Source: Haliotis rufescens (lineage: Eukaryota). From it: a DNA stretch of 64,000 nucleotides. The stretch is taken from contig NW_025964001.1 in assembly GCF_023055435.1 (NCBI RefSeq), positions 16,616,001 to 16,680,000 of the forward strand, read 5' to 3'. A program made the translations under genes and the position numbers. The notes under the pieces are model-generated. The model was not told the origin of the DNA. It did no database searches and saw only the letters and a program-made list of their open reading frames with translations. How positions within the stretch are numbered: the stretch's first letter is position 1; every line of letters begins with the position of its first letter. Positions 1-12,100 of this stretch are shown here, piece after piece.

Positions 1-564
1 ATGTGTGGAAGCTATTTCTGGTGTTCCCCACCATGACATTGCTGGAATATTGCTAAAAGCCACATAAAACCAAAATCCCTCTCATTCACGTGATTTGTTA
101 ATCCAGCGCTGATTGCAGTGTTTTACTAGTTTGCTCAACTTTATAGGCCTATGCCTATCATGTGACTATCTAGTTAAGCTGTGTGTGAGACATCAAAATA
201 TGCTGATACCACACAATCGTAGTGTGCCACAAGACCTGTGTTTTGGGCGTCGTTGATGTCTTGCATCAAGGTATCTTGTTTATGTTCACATTAACATTGT
301 TACAAGTCAAAATGCTTTGAATCAATATTTATAAGACCAACCATAACATGCAAAGTAAGCATGCAGGGCCCCTACACATATTCAACAATGTCTACTAGTT
401 AAGTGACTAAACCTCCTCAGAATTAAATTAGAAAGTTTCATTATGTGGAATTTACCTACCTGACCTGGTCTAAAAAACATTGAGATACTTGGTGTCAGGC
501 CACCTTTGCCAATATTACAGTGAGGATTGAACTTGACATGACTTTAATCATTAGTCTATAGTAA

Positions 565-946
565 CAGCGTTCGAAATACCTGCCTGCCCGACTGTCCGAG
601 ACAGGTTGATTTCAACTCGGGCTGCAAGATTTTCAAATCCCCCTGCCCGACGGTCGGGGTATATTTCATAGGTGAAAATATTCTAAATATTTCCCGATGA
701 TAAGCATTAATTCAAATATAAAGATGAATGATAAAATGTAACCAAAAAGAAACCCCGTTAGCGTTTAGACAACCTAACATTTAGCGATGCGCTTATGCTA
801 CAAGCAATCAGTTTTCATATTTTTAATTAAATTATCCTGAGAAACATATGATTATAGTGGGCAGGCAGGTTTTGGTCAGGGCTGGCAAGTATTTCAGCTA
901 GCCAGTCCTGTGGTCTGGCTAAAATTTTTGGGAGTTTCATACCCTG
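565..946. mobile_element. Probable MITE
   Basis: Imperfect TIR CAGCGTTCGAAA / TTTCATACCCTG; ATAGTAA on both flanks. Confidence 0.55.
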
Positions 947-1255
947 ATAGTAACTACATTCCCATTTCTGAGACAAGACGTTTCCACAGACGTTACACTA
1001 CAGCTACATTCCTGGGTTGGAATAGGTCCCCAGTAACCTATACTTAGTGCAGGTGGGGACTACACATGATCAGGTGATCAGGCCTGGTTGATTGTGTTGC
1101 TCTTAATATCAATCACTGGTTTGTCTGGTCCCAACTTGGATTTTATACAGTGATATAGCTTGAATACGGCTTATTGCAACACTAAACAACATTCATTCAC
1201 TGGTAGAAGGTGATTGCGGAATTAACAAGAGAATATTGGATTTGTTGTCATGGCA

Positions 1256-1266
1256 TTTATTTATTT
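1256..1266 (-). terminator. Probable NXF1 polyadenylation signal (AATAAA), implying a 3'UTR of about 1.9 kb
   Basis: tttatttattt on plus strand; the SINE-free AT-rich region from 3189 ends near here. Confidence 0.45.
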
Positions 1267-3189
1267 ACACATTTCAATAATACTGTACATTCACTTTGTG
1301 AGTAATGTGTTGAACACATAATACTTACACATAAGCATCACATAAAACTATTTACATTTGTACAAAATTACACAATCTTCATAATGTTGAATCATAATGC
1401 TAAAACATCCGGACGAAAGCCTGCGGACCTAAGCCTCAGCATGGTCAGAAGGCATGTAATAAAGTCACTGTGAATCCAACACACACAACATTGCACTTTC
1501 ACACATCTTGTTACATAACAAGTAAACTGAAATCTTTAACTAAATACTGAAGTCCATGTTTTCCACACAAAGCTAACTTCTAAAATTAAGATATGATACA
1601 TTGTTCAGGTATGTTTCTTTACTTGGTTAATGGATCAGCAATCCCAACTTTGTAAAAGAAATAATGCAATTTTGATAACAAATCTTATTTTGTTCCCCCC
1701 TCTGAGTCAATTACTTCAACAATGCGAAAACATTAGTTTATGTCTATGTTGGCAGGAAGTAACCCACTTTTCTTTTGCTTTAAATTTTTCTATATTTTAT
1801 GCTTCCGAAAATAAATTTAGGAGATAATTGTTTTAATAAAGGACAAGGTATGACGACAAAAAGTTGCCAACCGGAACTGTATAATTAAGGACTTTAAAAA
1901 ATTATGTTGATAGTTATCAGATGTGTCCAAATGGCTGATCGTAGAAGTTCTCAGGAAAGATTACTGATATTTTTACAAGATTATTTTCTTACATGAGGTC
2001 AAGGACAACACAAACAAAGTAAAAAAAAAATCATTTTGTGTCATAGACTTGCCCAAAGTAAGATTTTCTTTAGACATTTGAAAAATCTGCCTTTTCACTC
2101 TTTTAGATATTTGTGTATTTGATCAAAAAACTTCCAAGTGTAAGACAAAAAAAGCTTCTGGTGAGCCATTTAAACATGTCTGATAATTTTCATACCAATA
2201 CTTGTTTTTCAAAATTTAAATATTTTTCATTACCAATAGGCCAAAATGGTTCCTCGTCCTATCTAGTTATTGTAAAAACTAACTTTACATAGAATGCCAT
2301 AAATCTGTAAACCAAGTAACTGACAGAACAAAATTTGTGAAAAATAATGAGCCATTTGTTTCCCCGGAGTGAAGTTTGTAAGAAAATAAATATCTATTTC
2401 TGAAATGTCAACAAAATAGCACTATTTTTGTGTTTACGTTTTTACACATTTAGGACTAAGGCTTTGCTCTCTCTAAACCTAAACACACCTGTGAATCATT
2501 TAAAGATTTTATGAAAAAAATAAAAATAAATCAAATCAAATAACAAGCACTTGCAAATGCAATTATATGAAAATCTTGTTATTGTTTCATAACACAGACC
2601 AATTAAGTTATGTTTCAAAGAACATGATCTCCTTCCAAACTACTCTCACAAGAACACACAACTTAAATAAAAACATTTACATAATTAACAAAATACAACA
2701 AATGTTTGAATAAAAAAATATTTTTTCATCTTAAAAACACTTTCAACAATTCAAATGAAGGAGGGGGAAGTCTCCCCAGAAATGATGTCCAAAATGAACA
2801 GTATAACCCAAGATTAATTTGCTCTTACTTTTGATTGTAATTTCTGAAAAAAATCATCTCATCCACCAGCTATTTACAAAATAAAATGTACACATATACA
2901 TATATACTTCAGATAAGGACATTTTTCATTGGGTAAGTTCTTATTTGGCGAGAGTTGAGATCTGTAGATATGAGCAAAATCTATCTTTCAGGTTCTGATT
3001 CTGCTCTGGAGTTATTTCCATCAGTGTACTGTGTAGATAACCACACATGTTCCTACATACTCCTTCAGTCGAGGAGATGTTACACTCTCACTTCCTGGCA
3101 ACAGAAGCATGGAGTGTTACTGGCAGTGTGTCACTAGTTGCTGAGACGCGTCACAGTCAGCAGCAAAGAAGATGGAGGCTTGGCGGCTC

Positions 3190-6100
3190 TCATTTCACAA
3201 AAGCCTGAGCTGGAATCCTGCCTTCACTCTGCAATATGAAATTATCTTTCCATCATACCATATCAACTTTATTTGTATCTTAAGTTTTTACTGATTTCTC
3301 AAGAATAGAAAGTAAAGGTAGCGAGTGAGCAAGTTTTATGAGAAAATCCTGAAGTGATGCAGGTCTTAGACTTTTACCACCTTGGTGAAACCTACGAACA
3401 AGGGTATGATGCCAACAAACTTATCAGAGCAAACATGCCATTTAAGTGAGTGAGATGGGGGTTAATGCTGCTTTTAACAGTATTCCAGTAATATCATGGC
3501 ATGTCAGCTTATAGTTGGAGGAAAGCCTGAAGTGATGCAAGTCTTAGATGTGTACAACTTTGGTGAAACCTACGAGCACGTGTATGGTGCTGATAAACCT
3601 AGAAACATAATCAGGGTGAACCGGGATTTGAACCCACGATCATAAGTTTCTGGAGTGTCCAAGGGAAGCAACACTGCACAGGAAATTGCGGCCTTTTTTG
3701 AGGAAAAACATGGATCCTGTCCACATCAATTCCGACACAAACATATGATATTGCATCTTTTCAGCTCCCTGTATACATACATTGAGTTGAGTGAAGACAG
3801 CAGCTGATTTGTCATAGTCCCAGCCATTTTCCTCCAGACATCTACAAAGACAAAGATCACATGCTTATATTTTCTATAAGAACATGGAAAATGCTTCTGT
3901 GGAGTATTTTTGTTCGTCATATTGTGGATATAATCATTTCTGCTTCTTCTTGAGATACCTACAACAGGACAACCTATAGTTTCACATTCACCAACAATAT
4001 GAAATCAGTTTGTATGTTCATGTTGTCACTGACACATCATTACAAAAACTGTTGATTTGAGTGAGTTTGGTTGTCCATCAATGTGTTTCAGTGATATTAC
4101 AGTGGGGCAGCATGATGTGGGAGGGAATCCTGAAGGGATGCAGGTCTTAGATGGTTACTGTACTGCGAAAACATACTCGGAACACATTTTGGATCCAAAC
4201 ACACAATCAGTGTTTGTAATTAAGGGGGTCCTGGTACTTGAGGTTTTCTGCCATATTAGAAAGGTTGAACTTGTAACATTAGGTTTATGACAAGGAGTTA
4301 TGTTGGAATATTGTTAGCAATATTCCAGCAATATCACGGCGGGGCCACCAGAAATGGGCTTCACACATCGTACCCATGTCGGGAATCGAACCCGGGTCTT
4401 TGGCATGACGAGCAAACGCTTTAACCACGAGGCTATCCGACCGCTCCCCTTGACTTTCATGTGTAACTTCGAACACTGCACGAGGAGGGTTTCTGGCATG
4501 CAACTCTGCACAATGAATTGCAGCACCTAATGGGACCTGTTAACTTAATGAAACACCCCTTAAGGGGCAAGTACAGCTGACAATGGTACTTACTTTCCTG
4601 ACCAGTCAAGGTTCATCCCAGACTGTAATGAAAACTTCTGGATCATAGTCTGGTGGTCTGACCCCCCCAAACTTGTGGACGGCAGGTCAGGGGGGACACC
4701 CGTCACTGGACTAGAGGAGGGGGTAGGGCCAGCACTCTTGAAGGCATTCTATAACATACACAGCATTCTCTTTCAAAGAAGAATCATGATTTTTACTATT
4801 TGTTCATACTACTCTAATGACAGAAAATGTACAAACAAAAATTATGACGCAGTGATCTATGAGAGGGCAGCATTGTTGACAGTTGTGTATTTGGGATCAT
4901 TTTGAATATAAAGTGAAGACATTATTAATACTGAAATGGTACTTCTTTGTATTTTATTGAAAGAGGCCTTGTAAGTGAAACGTTACCGTAGTAAGTGAGT
5001 AAGCTGGCTTTAATATTACATTTCAAAGTATTTCAGTTAAAGGTAAAACAGCATGTCGGCAATGTGGGAAGAAAGCCCAAAGTGTAGCATGGTCACTACT
5101 TTAGTGAACCCCATGAACACGGGTATGGCGCAGACAAACCTAGGATAATAATCAGGGTGAATCTGGGATTCTAATTCTGAACAAATCAACACATCAAGGC
5201 ACCATACGACTAGGTAGTCCACATGCCTCTGAAATGTAACAGGAAGCCAGACAATTCCCTACCTGAATCTGTTCTGTCGTGGCATTGCTGACCGTCAACA
5301 TGTCATTGGTAATCACCATCCTGAAGAGAGACAGCAAACTCAGTATCACAAACATATTACAACATATTACTTAAGCAAAGTCCTACAGACAGATGAATTT
5401 TTGTTCATAGAATCCAAACAGCTAACATTTAAATCTAAATCCCAAACTGCTGCAACACTTAATTAGCCAAGACAGAGAACACCTACCCGCTTCCTGCTGG
5501 CACTGTATAGAAGACTCTGTTGAAGGCTCGGATTGGTGGCTTGTCTGACTTGCTCTCACCTGTCAAATAAATTTTATAATACAGTTTCTCAACTCTTACC
5601 ACATATTTCTGACATTTATATATGGGTTACAAAAATATTCATTGAAAATACAATGAATCCACACCAATTTATTAGAGACACACTTGGAAATTGTCAATGC
5701 ATTACCAATACAACCTCAAGGACTTTGCCACTGAAAGATTTTGAGCTGACTACTGTATGGTACAGATGAGTCATTGCCTAGATGAGCAAAACAATGCCAG
5801 CATGTATAATTATAGTCCATCAGTTTTTTTGGTTTTTTTTATATAACGGGGTATACTATTTAAGGTGGTGTTTCGAAGGGTTTTGTTGGCAGGTTGGCCT
5901 ATGTTCAAGGTCGGTCAATGACCAGTGATGTACATGTTTTAAGTTGACGACTTACTTTCTTTGAAAACACCAGACAGTGCAAAGATGAGATGTGTGTTCT
6001 GCAATACAAAAAGAAATGGTATAAACTGGTTTTCTATACATCTGTATGGCATCTAGAAACAGAAACTATTTATTTTAATTCAAATCTGAGTGCCAGTGGC

Positions 6101-9100
6101 TTGCAATTCCTCCTTTAACCGACCTCATAACCTTGTACCTCAACAGCTTGAAACATTTCCCTTTAGTGATGACTATTATCTGGTGCAGGATGACAGCAAG
6201 TGAGTAAATAGATTGGTAGTCCAATATGGGACCTCTCTGCGAGACAATCTGACTATACCTCCATAGGAGGTTGTGTCAGGTGAACTTCCAAGGGTTCTCA
6301 ATTCTTAGGATACTAAGCGAAGCATTCAGTCCAACATATCTGATTTCAGTATCTTGAACTTAAAGAAACCAGTTAAGAATGTAAAAGTTCCCCTTTAAAT
6401 CTTTATGGATATTTCATACACTGTCACTTCTGAGCGCCATGAATTTACACCCAAATGGGAGTTCCATGGAAGAAATGTTTGTGTTTCTGTTGCCAATATC
6501 AAATTTTTAAATAGAGGAGGTACAGAAATGAAGACGAAGCTGACTGTTGATTGGCATCCTTCAGTTCACCTGACTCTCCTTTTGTCACAAATCATCATGC
6601 AGAGAGGTATTATGAGGGAGTAAAAGATCTGATCTGAATGAGACTGATTCTACATTTCAATCAGCTGATCAGTTTCAACATGAAAAGATCAACACTAGCC
6701 ATCAAACACATCCAGATTGCACAAAAAAGCTTAGTTCTGTCAACATATGAGACGCCTTCAGTGAGACGTCCTACTCTATACAGAGATACAGCACCTGGTG
6801 GTGGCTGGGAGTACTTACACTGGCGTGACTTATGTCCACAATGAAGGAGTTGGGGTCATGGGTTGTCTTGGGCAACAGGCACAGCTGTGACACCACTGGC
6901 AGCTTCCCCTGCCGCAACAACTTCTCCCGCCTCGCTGCAACAATCAACTTGACAAGTAATGTACCAAGCAAGTACTTAGTGTGAGTATTTATCATATACT
7001 TCAAACCCTTCATACATTGTGATACATTAGATAAAACAGGGTCCCTACTAAAGGATGATGTTTGTTTGTTGTTAAACGCCACACTAGGGAATATTCAAAC
7101 TATATAATGGCATCCTGTAAGTAATCAAGTTTGGACAAGACAACCCAGTGACTCATATTGTGAGAAGCAATCCATGCCGTTGGGATACGATAAAACACAA
7201 ACAAACAAGTCTCCGAATTTGACAACCTGATCCATTTAGTCGTCTCTTACGACCAGAATAACATGCTGCAGGCCTATTCTAACCCAGAATCTCCACTGTT
7301 ATCCAAGGGTTGATCGGCCCAACTATTGTACCGAGATGACAATGATGACGGCCAAATGCACATCTTTCACACTTTAAAAGGCCAAGTTTATCTGGTTTGT
7401 GTTGTGATGTAACTCTGCATAGTGTGCAGCACCACAGACGACAACTCTTAACGTCACATGAATACACGGTTTCGTTTGTCCACTGGAATCCAAATGACGG
7501 AGGGGGGGCAAGCAAATACTAGTGGGATGGTACACTGATGCATCGGTAGATCGTGATTTTTTACTTCTCGATACATGTATATGGATCGATCACAGTCACA
7601 CACTAAGTAAAAAGTATCGATTCTGACCTTAAATGTTTGCTTTAATAACTGTTCCACTAAACACTAATCAGAAAGCAAGTTAATAGTGAAAACAAATATT
7701 TTCATCCATTGCGCCATACTTGACACTGCCAACTGTAAATCATCAGTGTGCCAGGTATATTTTGCCATCCTGTCTATGAAAATGATGGCTTACGCACCAC
7801 AGATAAGAGCACATGCACGTATCGTGATACATATCAGATCGTGAGTAAGATATCATGATACATATCTGATCGCAGTTGGTGTATTGTCCCAGCCCAAGGG
7901 GCAAATGAGAAAGAAATTATTGGAAACATGTTTTGTTTGTTGCTCAACGCCGCACTCAGCAACATGACACGTCCTGTAAATAGTTGCACCTAGACCAGAC
8001 AAACCAGTGATTGATATTGTGAGCTCAGTCAGGGTAGGATAACATGCAACTAACCAAGTCACTGAGAGGTTGCTGGGCACCAACTGTGACCTGGAATCCT
8101 GATGAGCAGATAACGTGATGGACCATTTGTTTCCATAATAACCCTACAGTAGATTGTGTTCATGTCGTAGACACATGTCAAAGGCATGAACATACAGTGT
8201 ACAGTATTACTAAATTAAACAAGTGCAAAAGTGAGCGTGGCTCACTAATACCCCTGACCCGCCTAGTGTGTCAGTAGTTACAAATTAAATAGCTAGGATA
8301 GGGTAACTTAGGGTTTGAAAAATTCATAAAAAGATGGAAAACTAATAAAAACATTTTTTTTCTTTTGACTGCACCCCTCCTTATGACACAGATTATATGT
8401 ACTAAGTTTGAGATGAATCCACTGAATAGTTTAAGAGAAATCGCGTGGAAAAAGTTTTCAGACGGACGTTAGGGTTTGAAAAATTCATACAAAAATGGAA
8501 AATTAATAAAAACAATTTTTTTCTTTTGACTGCACCCCTCCATATGACACAGATTATATGTACTAAGTTTGAGATGAATCCACTGAATAGTTTAAGAGAA
8601 ATCGCGCGGACAAAGTTTTCAGACAGACGTTAGGGTTTGAAAAATTCATAAAAAAATGGAAAATTAATAAAAACAATTTTTTTCTTTTGACTGCACCCCT
8701 CCATATGACACAGATTATATGTACTAAGTTTGAGACGAATCCACTGAATAGTTTAAGAGAAATCGCGTGGACAAAGGTTTCGGACGGACGGATGGAACCT
8801 TGGTATAACTATATAACCCGACATTTTGTCGGGGGGTATAACTAGAATCTTCAACAAACCTGGGTCTTTGCACTTCAAAAGATTCCTGCTTTCAGAGATG
8901 TAATCGTTCAGTGATGCTTGCCTGGAAATAAGTAGATACAAATCACATTTGCTTTACTCACATTTACATATGAGAGTGATCTTACTTTAATAAACGTCTA
9001 AAAATACAGAATGCTGATGAAATATTGGTAAAGGAACAATAAACATTATTCTGAAAGTACTGGTTCAAATCCTATAAAGAGCCAAAGGAAACAAATAACA

Positions 9101-12100
9101 ACATGTATTGCCATGGAACATTTTCAAAACTTGTAATTTGATGATCTCATTTGGTTAGTGCATTTAAATATGAATATGTCACACACTGTAACCACTTGAC
9201 CTTATTAGTCCACTCGCACTCATGGTCAGCTGGGGACTAGTGTGTCTCAACATGTGAGAATTAGAGGTGTAACGTTACAGTCAGGTTGCTATACCAAACG
9301 TGAGTGAGTGAGTTGGGTTTAACGCCGCTTTTAACAGTATTCCAGTTATATCACGGCGTGTCAGCTTAATTTTGGAGGAAAGCCCGAGGGGATGCAGGTC
9401 TCAGACGTTTACCACTTCGGTGAAACCCACGAGCACGGGTATGGTGCTGACAAACCTAGAAACATAATCGGGGTGAACCGGGATTCGAACCCACAATCAT
9501 AGGTTTCTGGCGTGTCCAAGGGACGCAACTCTACACAGCGAATCGTGGCGCTTTAGGCGACTGGGCCACCCGTGCCCCACTATACTATGAGTGTGATCTG
9601 ATTCATATCTCGATGCAGTACTTTTATTTCATAAGATGATATTCTTTCATTTTGTAGGAGAATCACAGCCTGAATCATTTGTTTATAAATTCACAGATCG
9701 AAGACATGATATTGTAGGGCAGATATATATTGGCTAGAGGGCCAACCTGGAAATACTAGATGATCTGTGTTATCTGGTTGTGAACAGTTTATGTTTTTAT
9801 TCATGTTTTTAGACTAATATAACTTGTAATGTAATGTTTCATATCACAACAGGGGTTTGTAAATGTATTGTAGCATGGGCCCCGTATACAATACTGTACT
9901 GTCGTATCATGACACTACAAGTTACAGTGTGTATGTAAAGAAGGTTTCAGAGTGAACTAATGCTAGACTTACTTGTAGTCATTAGCAGGGTTGTAGGAAG
10001 CAGTCACAGAGAATAAAGCCTGAAAGTAAACACATACTAAATATCTACATACTATGTGAACATAAACAGAACCAAAATAATCTCAATTTTACCAAACCCA
10101 CCCCTTTCAAAAAAGGAAAAGGAAAAACTGCATTGCAAATTTTCATTCATTAGGTGCATTGCACCATACTTTCAGATTGGAAAGAGGATTACAACATATC
10201 AAAATCTGCAAAAATGCGTCACTGCATGATGTGTATAGGCAAGACTTTCAATTGGTTCAGTGACCGTAAAAACTAATCTTTTTTTGTGATCAATGCAAAC
10301 TTATGTGATCAACACAGGACAATTGTATATAATTGTATAAACTGCATGACAATGTTGTAATAAGCATGACAAGTTAAACAACAAGCCTTAGCAACACTGA
10401 ACACCAAGGTATTACCAGTATATCGGTATATTGCAAAACACTTTTCAAACTATACGTATTACAATATTTTGTCCGTGTTCCTGTATATTGGGAACAAAAA
10501 AAACATTGTTAGTTGAATTGTTTAACCTAAAATCTACATAGGTATTCAGTCACAAATGATGTTTCTCTTCGAAACTGATTGACAAAAGAGAGGAAATGCA
10601 GAAATGATTTTTCTCTCAAGTTATCTCCCCTGTACAACTACAAAATGGCGGCGACTGACCATGTTGACCTTGACATTCTAATGTTCACTTCAGTGTGTAG
10701 AAAATAGGATCTTCACGTACAATCAGTGTCAATCACTGTATGTATCACAATACAGATACCTGTATTGCAATATATTGCAATCGAAATCTTTTGCAAATAC
10801 ACAGAACTACTGAACAGATGGCATTACAGATAACCATGATAGCATTTTGAAGAACAAACAAATAGTACATCTTTTTAAGTTTATTATCTTTCAAAACTAC
10901 CAACCAGGATGTTTCACTAAACAATTTGCAACCCAAGAAAAACAAAACATATTGCCTTCAGTAACACATATATATGGAATTCCTATGAGTAAAAGACAAG
11001 TGCCTGCAACTCACCTGTTCGTGGTAAGCATCCAGCAATGGTTGCCTGTTATCAGCATCATATAATGAGTAGTACTCTCTCAGGAATTTCACAACAATGT
11101 TTTGGATGTCTTCATTGAGAAAGTAACTTTCCTGAAACGAAGGTTAAGACAATTCTATAATCTTACACTAAACATCATTACATCAGCATTAGAAATTGGC
11201 ACTAGTCCTGTAATCCTTGCTAAACTGCCCAATAACTACGGTATCATAAGGACAAGTAGAAATTTGCCATTTTTAAAGTCTTTACTATATCTTTTCATTA
11301 AAGAACTAGTGGTCTGAAAGTGTTAGTTTCTAGCGCTGTACGTGATAATTACATCCTGTCTTGTGTTTACAGCGTGTGATAGATCTCATGTCAAGCATGA
11401 CAGTGTCACCCTTACCACAGTCCGCCCTTACTGCAACCACATGATATACAACAGCTAGCTTTGTTTACTGTTCGAAGCAACATTCAATATTTGAACCACC
11501 ATCTTCACCCCAAGTTTATTCCCATGTAGGAATGGTTTCCAGTAACCCATACTTGTAATAGTTGACGAATGACCACCATACTTCTAGAGCATAGTGCACA
11601 CTCAAGCATAATGTGCACCCCCTTTGGGGATGCAGTATTTTGGAAAAAACAACAGTTTTTTTCAGTATTATACAGTCAAACTCCATGGTAACGCTTAATA
11701 CCTTAGTTCTGGGCAACACAGTGCTGGTTTCCAGCTCGAATGTGATCGGTGGTGGCAGCACGTGACCATCCTACGACAGAAGCAACATAACTCATTCTGT
11801 GTGATAAGATATGCATTGTATTTCTTACACATATGAATTAAGTAAAGGACTTTTGACATTGTGAGCAAAACAACCATAAGGCTTAAAAATGTGATAATAA
11901 TTTGTGCTTCCAATTTCCACACATCCAAGAATAGAGTAGTTTGTTGGCATTTATCAAAATTCTTTGAATAATGAAAATTAACGGTATGCGAGTAAAAGCC
12001 TTATTTCAAATGATGAAACACTTGGTTTATCTATCGTGAAGCACGACAAATTTTCACTAGCATGGATGGGGATAAATATGGTGAAAAGGGCTCCAGGTTA

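Noticed and set aside
1405-1430. Hammerhead ribozyme (GGACGAAA)
   Set aside because: No CUGANGA core or stem II partner at the required position.
3934-3958. Alternative NXF1 terminal exon (K-YLKKKQK*) from a TAG acceptor
   Set aside because: No homology support; the true exon 3781-3841 gives the conserved CLEENGWDY. It would need junction reads.
4285-4526. ORFs or an exon inside NXF1 intron 22
   Set aside because: The translation is unrelated to NXF1 and runs into a SINE.
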